The position numbers and the translations under genes were made by a program. The notes beneath the pieces are model-generated. The model was given only the letters and a program-made list of their open reading frames with translations. It was not told where the DNA came from and did not search any database. Positions 16,633 to 25,330 of a stretch of DNA of 64,000 bases are shown here, piece by piece; positions within the stretch are counted from its first letter, which is position 1, and each line of letters starts with the position of its first letter. Source of the DNA: an uncultured Acidimicrobiaceae bacterium. GTDB taxonomy: Bacteria; Actinomycetota; Acidimicrobiia; Acidimicrobiales; Bog-793. The stretch covers positions 189,849 to 253,848 of the forward strand of contig CAVZYD010000004.1 in assembly GCA_963779425.1 (NCBI GenBank). The letters are read 5' to 3'.

Positions 16633-18726
16633 TCAAGTCTCATAACGCTCAAGGGCGCGCCGCGCAGCCCTCGCACCGGCGTCGACCAATGTCGGCGGCT
16701 CAACCACTTGGGCCTCGGGCCCGAGCAGGAGAAGCAGGCGCCCGAACCAGCCCTCGACGTCGCTCACCGGGATAGTGGCAACCATGCGGCCGTCTCCAAG
16801 CGATTCGAGACCGTTCGTGACTAGCCCCTCCACGGCAAAACGCGCCTCGGAGGGGAAAACGACCTTTGCCATTATCGCCTCGGAAGCGCCGAGGAAGGCC
16901 TCGGGGCGCGCCAGCGACTCACGCTCGCGCTCGCTGAGCGAGCCGACATCGCCCGGTCGTCCTGTCGAGCGCACGGCCCGTACACGGTCGACCTGGAAGC
17001 GCCGCAGCCCCTTGGCCTTGTGGCACCAGGCGTCGAGATACCACTTACCTTCCCGAACGACTACCTGGTAAGGATCGACCAGGCGCGTCGAAGGCTCTGT
17101 CGCCGAAGCGCCGAAATAGTCGATCTCCATCTGCTCGCCTGAAGCGACGGCAGCCTGGAGCGGGCCGAGCGCCGGAGAGGAGTCGACTTCGACCGCAAGG
17201 CTCGAGGACCCGAGCACCGCCTCCAGCTTGGCGAGGGCGGCGGCCAGGTCCCCTTCCTCGTCGGCTCCCGGCACAGCGAGCAGCGCCCGCGCGGCGGCCG
17301 CTAGGGCGAAGCCCTCCTCCGGGGTGAACCGGCGCGGATGGCCAAGCTCCCTAAGTCCCTCCGCGACGACGCGGTCTTCGTCTATCAACAAGTCGATGAG
17401 CTGATCGGGCGTGTAGGGGGGCACTCCACAACAAGCGGCTAGCTCGAGATCGTGGAGAAGCTCGCCCGCGCTCACCGAGAAACGAGAGGCCAGCTCGCCG
17501 AGCGGGGCCTCCCCCACCCTCGCCAGGTACACCAAGATGGCGAGCAGCCGGTTCAGCCTGTCGCCCGCCGTCAGCTGTGGTGGGGGTAGCGAGCGGCGAG
17601 ACCCGGGCACCTCGTCGTCCGCAGACATCGGCGCAGCGCTCGCCCTGCCCGCCACCGCGCCCAGAGCGGGCCCGCTCGCCTCGCTCGGCACTGACGACGG
17701 CAGCCCGTCTTCCGCCCGCCCCGGGACTACGACGAGCTCGTTGAGCCGCTCGATGACAGCCGCCCGCAAATGAGGCGGGCTGAGCACCTCGGCTGTGTCG
17801 CCCAGAGCGACGACCCAGTCGATGAAGGCTCTTTGCTCAGGGACAACCATCCTGAGTCGCGCCGCCCCCGACGGCTCCCACGCCTCCACCGAGCCGGCTC
17901 CCACCGTGGCGACGACGCTCCGGGCGAGCCGCGCGTCCACGGTCATTGTCACCTCCACCGCTGCGGGCTCTTGCTCCTCCGGCTCGTCTTTGAGCTCAGC
18001 CGGCTTGGCTGCGACCCGCCAGGGAAGAAAGTGGACCGCCTCACGCAGGTCGAACCCGTCTGGAAGCTCGAAGGCCGCCGGCGCGCCGAGAACCGGCGCG
18101 TCCTCGAAGCGATCGACACGGAAAGTGCGCAGCCCCGCGTCCGGTGCCGTCCGGTCGCGCCCGACCAGGTACCAGGCCGTCAGCTTGAAGGCGAGCCCGT
18201 ACGGCTCCACCTCGCGGCGACGACCACGGTAGGCGAAAGCGACGAGCGCCCGGTCCCGCACGGCCTCGTGGAGAGGACCGAGCGCCGGCAACGAGGGCAG
18301 CACGGCGATCGGCGGCAGACCGGGCTCTGGGACCTCTCCTGTCGCCCCGAGCTTCGCGACCGCGTCGCGGCCTGCGGCGCCACCGAGCTGGACCGCAGCG
18401 ACTGCGAAGCTGAGGGCCTGCTCTTCGCGCGGTTCAAGGCGAAGCTCGGGAAGGTAGTAACCCTCCGGGTGGATGCGGTAGCCCAGCTGCTCTTCGCCTG
18501 CGAGCGGTTCGACGCTGATGGGGATCCCGAGCTCACGAAGGGCGTGTTTGTCACGTTCAAAAGCTTGTCGACTGGCCTCTTTGCCTTTTGGGTAGCCGAC
18601 CACGCTCGAGGCGATCTCGCGCAGCGACAGCGGCCGCGGGGTCTCGAGCAGCACAAGGACCAGATTCGTCATCCGCTCGAGGCGGTCGGGTCTTGCTGGT
18701 CTCGTCGCAGCCACCATCTGCTGCAT
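16633..18726 (-). CDS. PafBC-like fused double HTH-WYL regulator
   Basis: 697 aa with two tandem modules. The first is RLERMTNLVLVLLETPRPLSLREI...WYLVGRDR. The second is RLNRLLAILVYLARVGEAPLGELASRF...GKWYLDAWCH. Confidence 0.7.
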   Translation of the reverse strand: MQQMVAATRPARPDRLERMTNLVLVLLETPRPLSLREIASSVVGYPKGKEASRQAFERDKHALRELGIPISVEPLAGEEQLGYRIHPEGYYLPELRLEPREEQALSFAVAAVQLGGAAGRDAVAKLGATGEVPEPGLPPIAVLPSLPALGPLHEAVRDRALVAFAYRGRRREVEPYGLAFKLTAWYLVGRDRTAPDAGLRTFRVDRFEDAPVLGAPAAFELPDGFDLREAVHFLPWRVAAKPAELKDEPEEQEPAAVEVTMTVDARLARSVVATVGAGSVEAWEPSGAARLRMVVPEQRAFIDWVVALGDTAEVLSPPHLRAAVIERLNELVVVPGRAEDGLPSSVPSEASGPALGAVAGRASAAPMSADDEVPGSRRSLPPPQLTAGDRLNRLLAILVYLARVGEAPLGELASRFSVSAGELLHDLELAACCGVPPYTPDQLIDLLIDEDRVVAEGLRELGHPRRFTPEEGFALAAAARALLAVPGADEEGDLAAALAKLEAVLGSSSLAVEVDSSPALGPLQAAVASGEQMEIDYFGASATEPSTRLVDPYQVVVREGKWYLDAWCHKAKGLRRFQVDRVRAVRSTGRPGDVGSLSERERESLARPEAFLGASEAIMAKVVFPSEARFAVEGLVTNGLESLGDGRMVATIPVSDVEGWFGRLLLLLGPEAQVVEPPTLVDAGARAARRALERYET

Positions 18727-18750
18727 GGTAGGCCGCCCCCGCTCAGGGAA

Positions 18751-19971
18751 CTACCGCCCCACCTCCCGTTGCTCCGCCCGGGTCGTGACGATGCCCTCGG
18801 TGAAGCAGTGAAGAGCGTGCAAGAAATGCACGGTCCGGGGCGACCAGAAGTTGTCGAAGCCGTGTTGGGCTAGGGGCAGCTCGACATAGGCCACAGATTG
18901 GGTGCTGGCGGCGCGAAGCGAAGCGACAAAAGCGCGGGCCGTCTGCACCGGGACGAGGACGTCGTTGCGCCCGTGCACGACGAGGAACGGGGGAGCGCTC
19001 TCGTGCACCCTCAAGATGGGTGATGCGGCCGTGAACTCCTCGGTGCCGGGCTGGGCGAACACGTAACGCTCCAAGATGGGCGTCAGGTTGGCGTTAGCGG
19101 TTTTCTCAGCGTCCACGAAGTCGTAGACGCCATAAAGCGGAATGCAGCCGGCGACCGAGGTGTCCTCGTCCTCGAAACCGGGCTGCCAAGCCGGCTCGTT
19201 GGCGGTGAGCGCCAGGAGCGCCGCAAGATGTCCGCCCGCAGAGCAGCCCGACACGAACACGAGGTTGGGGTCGCCTCCGTACTCGGTGATGTGGCGCTTT
19301 ACCCACAAGAGCGCCAGCTTGCAGTCGACCACGTGGCGGGGCCATTTCGCTCTCGGGCTCAAGGCGTAGTTGGCGGTCACGCACACATAGCCGCGCTCGG
19401 CGAGGAACGCGAGCATCGGGATGCCCTGCTCTCGCTTGTCTCCCATCACCCATGAGCCACCGTGGAAATACAAAAGGACGGGCGCAGCGGAGCTGCGCCC
19501 GGGGCCGGCCTTGCGGTACAGGTCGAGGCGATGGGCCCGTTCACCATCTTCTACATAGGAGAGGTCGCGCAGGCGCTCGACACTTCGGGGCCGGATGGGC
19601 AAAGCGACGACGACGCGCCGCGTGTCTTTTGAGGTCCAGCTCCATCGCGCTGCGGCCGCGGTGGAGTCGCCGAGCGCCGCCTCGAAATAGCGGTGTGACC
19701 ACAAACCCGAAATGAACTGGGCTCCCAGCGCTACGCAGGCGACGGCGGCCATGGCCAGGCCCGCCCAGCCGGGCGCGCCCGCGAACCCACCCGCGAGCCC
19801 GCAAGCAAGACTCGCAAGCACGACGACGCCAGCTAAGTGCAAGGGCGCCTCACCAACAACCCAGCTCGGAATGAAAGAGAGTGCCGAGCCCACCGCGCCG
19901 CGCAATGGCACCAGGGCACTGAGCGAGAGAACGATGGCAAGGACGCCGACACCGAGGCACGCCCAGTCCAT
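18751..19971 (-). CDS. Membrane-anchored alpha/beta hydrolase (esterase/lipase type)
   Basis: About three N-terminal TM helices, then the oxyanion motif YFHGGSW and the nucleophile motif GCSAGG. Confidence 0.8.
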   Translation of the reverse strand: MDWACLGVGVLAIVLSLSALVPLRGAVGSALSFIPSWVVGEAPLHLAGVVVLASLACGLAGGFAGAPGWAGLAMAAVACVALGAQFISGLWSHRYFEAALGDSTAAAARWSWTSKDTRRVVVALPIRPRSVERLRDLSYVEDGERAHRLDLYRKAGPGRSSAAPVLLYFHGGSWVMGDKREQGIPMLAFLAERGYVCVTANYALSPRAKWPRHVVDCKLALLWVKRHITEYGGDPNLVFVSGCSAGGHLAALLALTANEPAWQPGFEDEDTSVAGCIPLYGVYDFVDAEKTANANLTPILERYVFAQPGTEEFTAASPILRVHESAPPFLVVHGRNDVLVPVQTARAFVASLRAASTQSVAYVELPLAQHGFDNFWSPRTVHFLHALHCFTEGIVTTRAEQREVGR

Positions 19972-20410
19972 TCGTGAATGTTACCGAGGGCCATGGACAA
20001 AGGCCTGCCCCGGTTGCAGCTCAGGCCGGCCGGTGGAGGATCTCTGCGTCAGTTGTAGGCGAAACGGGAGGTCCTGGCGAAAGGGCAAGGGCGGGCGGCA
20101 CGCTTCATTGAATACGGGACGAGCCCGAAGCGGAATGCCTGATGAAACGGCATGGGTTGTCTCAGGCTCTGTGGACACAGAGCGTCCCATGTCTTGTCCG
20201 ACTGACTCCGCGTCTTTCCGCCTTGGTTTCGAGTCCACCAGGATCAACCGTCCAGCGTCTCGCCGGCACCGACACCGTTTCTTCCCGGAACCACCGGCTG
20301 GACGCTGAAGGAGCTCAGCCCGACGCGTGCCGCCCAGCCGAAAGTTCGGGACTTTCGGCCCTAGGGTCTTCGTGGCGCTACCGCCAAAATGCGGTCAGGA
20401 GGTGGGGACC

Positions 20411-20605
20411 TTGGGTCACACGTCAGTTTTGGGGGGATTCAACCTGCTCGCAGCGCTGGTGAATCTCGGGGGCACCGGCAGGTACATCGTCTGGGGAGCC
20501 GTCCAGATCTCGCTCGCCAACCTGATCGTCATCCTCGTGATGATCGTCATGTTCATCGCAGCCATCGTGCTGCCTTTCCCGAGACACGAGACGAAGCGGA
20601 AATGA
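20411..20605 (+). CDS. Small hydrophobic membrane protein (64 aa)
   Basis: TTG start 8 nt after AGGAGG. The stop overlaps the downstream ATG (ATGA). Contains the hydrophobic core LANLIVILVMIVMFIAAIVL. Confidence 0.45.
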   Translation: MGHTSVLGGFNLLAALVNLGGTGRYIVWGAVQISLANLIVILVMIVMFIAAIVLPFPRHETKRK

Positions 20606-21555
20606 GCGTGCCCCTAGACGGCATCGCCGTCACCTCCGAGAAGGCCACCTGGACCGGCAAGCTCCGTGAAAAGGCGCTTGACGCTCTCCCGCCCGAACGC
20701 CTTTTGCCGGACCGTCAACCCGCTTACGTGGCGTCATGGGCTTACGTCTTCGGAGCCTTGACGATCGGGGCGTTCATCATCGTGATGGCATCAGGGGCGG
20801 TGCTCGCCCTCGAAGGCCCGGCCTGGTGGCACAGCTCGAACGCCGGGCTGTTCGTGAACTCGATTCACCTGTGGGGAACAGAGTTCTTCTTCATGTTCAT
20901 GGTCGTGCACCTGTGGGCCAAGTTCTTCATGGCGGCCTGGCGAGGCAAGCGCAAGGCGACCTGGATCACCGGCGTCGTCGCCTTTGCCGTTTCCATCGCC
21001 ACGGCCTTTACGGGTTACCTGTCGCAACAGAACTTCGACTCTGAGTGGATCGGCACCCAGGCCAAAGATGGCATCAACTCGACTGGAGCCGGCGCTTTCT
21101 GGAACGTTCTCAATTTCGGCCAGATGCTGATGTGGCACATCGTGCTGCTCCCCCTCGTCGTGTCGCTCATCATCGGGCTGCACGTCTTGCTCGTGAGGCG
21201 CCGCGGCGTCGTCCCGCCCTTCGCCCCGACACAGGCTCAGCTGGCCAAGGCCGGCCTCAGCCTCGGCGGTGCCGCAGGGCTTGAAGCGCCGACCCCCGGG
21301 GCAGAAGCGCCGGCGGACCCGTCGCCACAAGTCCTTCCAGGGCAAGCTGAGCCGCCCCAACAGGCGCCACCGCCACAAGCCCCAGTGCCACCCGAGCCGC
21401 CCCTAGGCCAGGTGGAGGTCGCTGAGCCGACGAGTTCGCAACCCACGCTCGAGGACTCGTCCTTGCCGGCGCCCGGCGGGTCAGGCATCGAGACCGCGAC
21501 TCAAGCTCAAGGGCCCGAGGACTCCTTGTGGCAACTGCCGGGGGACGGGTCATGA
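20602..21555 (+). CDS. Cytochrome b N-terminal-domain protein (b6-like His spacing) with Pro-rich C-terminal tail
   Basis: HLWGTEFFFMFMVVH has the two His separated by 13 residues. HIVLLPLVVSLIIGLH has them separated by 14. No C-terminal cytochrome b domain follows, only a roughly 80-aa Pro/Ala/Gln-rich tail. Confidence 0.8.
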   Translation: MSVPLDGIAVTSEKATWTGKLREKALDALPPERLLPDRQPAYVASWAYVFGALTIGAFIIVMASGAVLALEGPAWWHSSNAGLFVNSIHLWGTEFFFMFMVVHLWAKFFMAAWRGKRKATWITGVVAFAVSIATAFTGYLSQQNFDSEWIGTQAKDGINSTGAGAFWNVLNFGQMLMWHIVLLPLVVSLIIGLHVLLVRRRGVVPPFAPTQAQLAKAGLSLGGAAGLEAPTPGAEAPADPSPQVLPGQAEPPQQAPPPQAPVPPEPPLGQVEVAEPTSSQPTLEDSSLPAPGGSGIETATQAQGPEDSLWQLPGDGS

Positions 21556-22565
21556 GCGCGACGAACCCGACAGGAAAGGGCCGAGCCCACAGGCGCTTTA
21601 GGCCGGACCGCGACGTCGTCGAGTGGCAGGGGGCATACCGCCGCTACGACGTGGTGAAAGAAGTCTTCATCTGCTTCCTCGTCGTCCTCGTCCTCGTCGT
21701 GGCGTGCGCCATCGTCTTCTCCTCGCCTGACGACCCGCCGGTGACCGTCAAGTCCTGGTCGAGCGCCGCGCCGGTGGACTTCGCCCAGACGGCGATGACC
21801 GAGCTCGACGGGACAAGCGCCACCGCGAGCTACGGACCTCCCTACACAGATGCCAAAGGCGTCAGCCAAAAGCTCGGACCGGTCTCGATCGAGAGCGCCG
21901 TCGGGGTCAGGATCCCGATAAACACCGCTCAGGATTTCGTCTTAAAGCCGCTCGCGACGCTGCCGGACCGCCCTGTGCTTGCTAGTGCGCTGGCCGAGTA
22001 CCAGGGCGCCTCCGCGGCGCAAAAGGCGAGCTGGGACAGCGCCTATGAGAAAGTGGTGGCAAGCGCCACTTTCTCCAACGGCCAGCTCATCGTGAAGAGT
22101 GGCCCTTACGGCCCCGTCGGCGCGCTCATCGACAATCTCGTGTCCATGGCGAGAACGGGAGCCCTCGACGGAGCCCTCCTGGCCTCGCCCCAGCTCTACG
22201 CGACCAATTACACGAACCCTCTACTTTTCATCGCGGACGGCACTTACATGGCCGACCTCGCGGGCCTTCGTCATCTCCAAGGCGACCAGTGGGGAATGAT
22301 GAACGAGACCGGGAACTACCCCGGCCAGGCCTGGCTCTGGCTGTACACCCTCTGGTACCAGGTGCCTCCCATGAACGCCTCCAGCAACGGCGACGTCGAG
22401 GTGTGGGCGATCATGATGCTGCTCACATTGGCGCTGGCCCTTTTGCCCTTCATCCCCGTTTTGAGATCGCTCCCACGATGGCTCGGCGTCTACCGCCTGA
22501 TCTGGCGCTACCACTACCGCTCGCTCGGCCCGGACGTGCTTTTGCAGCTTCCTCCCGACCCGTAG
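21552..22565 (+). CDS. Membrane protein of unknown function, translationally coupled to cytochrome b
   Basis: ATGA overlap with the cytochrome b stop. One N-terminal TM, a soluble domain of roughly 230 aa, and C-terminal hydrophobic segments (GQAWLWLYTLWYQVPP, VWAIMMLLTLALALLPFIPVL). Confidence 0.65.
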   Translation: MSATNPTGKGRAHRRFRPDRDVVEWQGAYRRYDVVKEVFICFLVVLVLVVACAIVFSSPDDPPVTVKSWSSAAPVDFAQTAMTELDGTSATASYGPPYTDAKGVSQKLGPVSIESAVGVRIPINTAQDFVLKPLATLPDRPVLASALAEYQGASAAQKASWDSAYEKVVASATFSNGQLIVKSGPYGPVGALIDNLVSMARTGALDGALLASPQLYATNYTNPLLFIADGTYMADLAGLRHLQGDQWGMMNETGNYPGQAWLWLYTLWYQVPPMNASSNGDVEVWAIMMLLTLALALLPFIPVLRSLPRWLGVYRLIWRYHYRSLGPDVLLQLPPDP

Positions 22566-22607
22566 CCCCGCCGCCGGTAAGGTCGCGCAGGAGATCTAGG
22601 AGGGTCA

Positions 22608-23300
22608 GTGGCTTTACGCGTGTTCTTGGTCGATGATCATGAGATCGTCCGCAACGGGTTGCGCTCGATGCTCGAGGCCGGCGGCGACATCGAGATCGTC
22701 GGCGAGGCCGGCACAGCGGCGGAGGCGATCACCCGCGGGATCGCCCTCGGGCCGGACGTGGCCGTGCTCGACATCAGGCTGCCTGACGGAGACGGCATCG
22801 AGGTTTGCCGCGAATTGCGCTCGCGCCTGCCTGAGGTGCAGTGCCTCATGTTGACCTCGTTCGCGGACGACGAGGCGCTCTTCGCTGCCATCATGGCCGG
22901 GGCGTCGGGATATGTCCTAAAACAGATCCGCGGCAGCGATCTCGTCGACGCCGTGCGCCGCGTGGGACGGGGCGAGTCGCTCATCGACCCTTCGATGACA
23001 AAACGCGTCTTCGACCGACTTCGCGACGGACCCACCCGTGACGAGCGGCTCGACCGGTTGTCGGACCAGGAAAAGCGCGTTCTCGACCTAGTGGCCGAGG
23101 GCTTGACGAACCGCCAGATCGCCGACCGGCTCTACCTGGCGGAAAAGACTGTGAAAAACTACGTCTCGAGCATGCTCTCCAAGCTCGGCATGGACCGGCG
23201 CAGCGAAGCTGCCGCCTATGCGGCACGGCTGTCGGAGCGCCAGAGCGCCAGAGAAGCGGCACGGCGAGCCGACGGGGGTGGCTTCGGGGGCTCTTCGTAA
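22608..23300 (+). CDS. NarL/LuxR-family response regulator (REC + LuxR HTH)
   Basis: Contains VFLVDDHEIVRNGL, VAVLDIRLPDGDG, and LSDQEKRVLDLVAEGLTNRQIADRLYLAEKTVKNYVSSM. AGGAGGG lies upstream of the GTG start. Confidence 0.9.
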   Translation: MALRVFLVDDHEIVRNGLRSMLEAGGDIEIVGEAGTAAEAITRGIALGPDVAVLDIRLPDGDGIEVCRELRSRLPEVQCLMLTSFADDEALFAAIMAGASGYVLKQIRGSDLVDAVRRVGRGESLIDPSMTKRVFDRLRDGPTRDERLDRLSDQEKRVLDLVAEGLTNRQIADRLYLAEKTVKNYVSSMLSKLGMDRRSEAAAYAARLSERQSAREAARRADGGGFGGSS

Positions 23301-23340
23301 GGCAAGGGCGCCCATTTGCCTCAGCTGGCCCGAGGAGGCT

Positions 23341-23973
23341 TCAGACGCCAAATCCAGTCCTTTGCACAGCCCGCACCGCCTCGTCGGGGCCGGTGAGGGA
23401 GACCTTTGCCACCTCCGAGCGGCCGGAGAGGTACAAAACGAGCTCCTGGGCGCCTCCGCTGAGCACGGCGCAAGGCTCGCCCCCGTGAGCGACGATCCTT
23501 GCCCCCTCGGGCGACTCCAGCTCGAGCCCGGCACCTTTCAGCTTTCGGGCCATCAGCTTGGCCATGCAGGAAAGGTTGGACCAAAGGGCGGCGTCGAGCT
23601 GGCGGTCCTTTCTCGCCTCCCAGCCCGGCACCGCCCGACGCACGTCCTCGGTGTGCACGAAGAACTCCACGACATTTACGAGCTCGTCGAGTGGCCGCCA
23701 CAGTGCCGGTGGCCCGGAGCGCACCTTGGCCACGAGTCCCACGTAGCCGAAGCTACGCAACGCCGCCGTCATCGAGCGGGCGGTGAGCTTCGCAAAGCTC
23801 CCGCCGAGCAAGATGCCGGTCGCCGCGAGCGGGCGGCGCTCGCGCACGAACAGGTGGGCGGCGAGGTCCCGAGTCCGCCAGCCCTCACACAGGGTCGGCG
23901 CGCCTGGTCCGGCCTGGATGAGCGCATCGCAGAGTCCGGAGCGTTCGGAACGGGCAAGGTGAGATGCTGGCAT
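23341..23973 (-). CDS. DinB-like / maleylpyruvate-isomerase N-terminal-domain family protein (TIGR03085-like)
   Basis: ATG at 23973 is preceded by AGGAGG. Contains TLCEGWRTRDLAAHL and VEFFVHTEDVRRA. Confidence 0.65.
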   Translation of the reverse strand: MPASHLARSERSGLCDALIQAGPGAPTLCEGWRTRDLAAHLFVRERRPLAATGILLGGSFAKLTARSMTAALRSFGYVGLVAKVRSGPPALWRPLDELVNVVEFFVHTEDVRRAVPGWEARKDRQLDAALWSNLSCMAKLMARKLKGAGLELESPEGARIVAHGGEPCAVLSGGAQELVLYLSGRSEVAKVSLTGPDEAVRAVQRTGFGV

Positions 23974-24265
23974 TTGGCCTCCTTTCGACGCCGCGCCCTT
24001 GAACGTAGCCCGACCTGATCGACCGGAGGACGCAAAGCGAACCCTGTGCGACGCACCACGCCTCGAGCCAGGCACCTGCCAAAATTTCCCCGAGGCCACT
24101 GCTGGCGGCGGGCGGCACGACGAGGTGCGGCACGGCCGGACGAGCCTGGCTCCCTCGGCGGCGCTGGCACCTGAGGTTGATCCTCGACGTACGAACGCGT
24201 CCTTGACGCCAAGACGGCGCCCGGGCGCCGACCGAGTGCTCTCAAAGGTGGTAGAAGAAGCCCCC

Positions 24266-24730
24266 ATGGGAACAGTCCAGGTCACCGCGGAACGAGTCAT
24301 AGAAGCCCCGGCCGAGGCCGTCTACGGCTACATCGCCGACATGAGAGAGCACCACCAAAGGTTCCTCCCCCCGGCGTTCTCCGACTTCGGTGTCGACTCC
24401 GGCGGCGTCGGCGCCGGCACAGTCACCCATTTCAAGCTCACCGCCGGCGGACGCAGTCGCGAGTACCGGATGAACGTGGCCGAGCCCGAGCCCGGCCGCG
24501 TCCTGACCGAGTCCGACACCGGCTCCAGCCTCGTCACGACCTGGACTGTGACCCCGCAGGGCGCTTCGTGCCGCGTGCGCATCTCCACGGCCTGGCAAGG
24601 TGCCCGAGGCGTCGGCGGATTCTTCGAGCGGCTGTTCGCCCCCCGGGTCATGCGCGGCCTATACCTCGACGAGCTCGAGAGATTGAACAGCTACGCCCGC
24701 GAACAAGCGACGTCCCGGCCCGCTAGCTGA
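24266..24730 (+). CDS. SRPBCC (polyketide cyclase/dehydrase-like) family protein
   Basis: N-terminus VQVTAERVIEAPAEAVYGYIADMREHHQRFLP is typical of SRPBCC proteins. Length 154 aa. Confidence 0.7.
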   Translation: MGTVQVTAERVIEAPAEAVYGYIADMREHHQRFLPPAFSDFGVDSGGVGAGTVTHFKLTAGGRSREYRMNVAEPEPGRVLTESDTGSSLVTTWTVTPQGASCRVRISTAWQGARGVGGFFERLFAPRVMRGLYLDELERLNSYAREQATSRPAS

Positions 24731-24757
24731 GGGCCTTCTCCGGCTTGAGCTGGCAGG

Positions 24758-25330
24758 TCAGAGCGAGGAGGCGCCGTGGCGTTCGGCCACCTTCGCCTCG
24801 TGCTGCAACAGCCACTGTTTCATCCAGAGCCCTCCGCCATAGCCGACGAGGCTGCCGTCAGAGCCGATCACGCGATGGCACGGGAGCACTATCGCAAGCG
24901 GGTTCTTGTTGTTCGCCATCCCGACTGCCCGGGCGGCCTTCGGGCTGCCGATCCGGGCCGCGACAGACCCGTAGCTCTCGGTCTTGGCATAGGGGATGTC
25001 CGCCAGCGCCCGCCAGACCTTGAGCTGGAAAGCAGTGCCTCTGGGGGAGAGCGGCAGGTCGAATTCCCTCAAATCCCCTGCGAAGTAAGCCTCTAGCTGC
25101 CCAAGGGCGCTCACGAGGAGGGCGCAGACCGAACTTGAGCGCGGCAGCTGTTCGCGAGAGGCAAAGCTGCCTGGCAGATGCAGTTCAAGCAGCCCTGAGC
25201 CGTCGGCCACGAGAAGGATGTCACCAATCGGCGTGCCACAGGTCGTCCAGGAGTTCTCGGGGTCGCTCCCCCCGCCCGACCCGGTGGCGCGGAACGATCC
25301 GGGAGCCTGTTTGTTTGCGATCGCGGTCAT
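24758..25330 (-). CDS. ogt: Methylated-DNA--protein-cysteine methyltransferase
   Basis: Active-site motif is LPCHRVIGSDGSLVGYGGG. Its start overlaps the upstream gene by 4 nt. Confidence 0.9.
   Translation of the reverse strand: MTAIANKQAPGSFRATGSGGGSDPENSWTTCGTPIGDILLVADGSGLLELHLPGSFASREQLPRSSSVCALLVSALGQLEAYFAGDLREFDLPLSPRGTAFQLKVWRALADIPYAKTESYGSVAARIGSPKAARAVGMANNKNPLAIVLPCHRVIGSDGSLVGYGGGLWMKQWLLQHEAKVAERHGASSL

Noticed and set aside
20225-20239. GGTTTCGAGTCCACC, resembling a tRNA or tmRNA T-arm, in the leader upstream of the cytochrome b module.
   Set aside because: Only 2-3 bp of T-stem can pair. There is no matching acceptor stem or CCA context in the flanks.
20389-20601. The N-terminal extension of the cytochrome b ORF as given in the ORF track (start at 20389).
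   Set aside because: The extension is Arg/His/Asp-rich and overlaps the hydrophobic small ORF in another frame. The ATG at 20602 forms an ATGA overlap with that ORF, and the conserved cytochrome b sequence begins after it.
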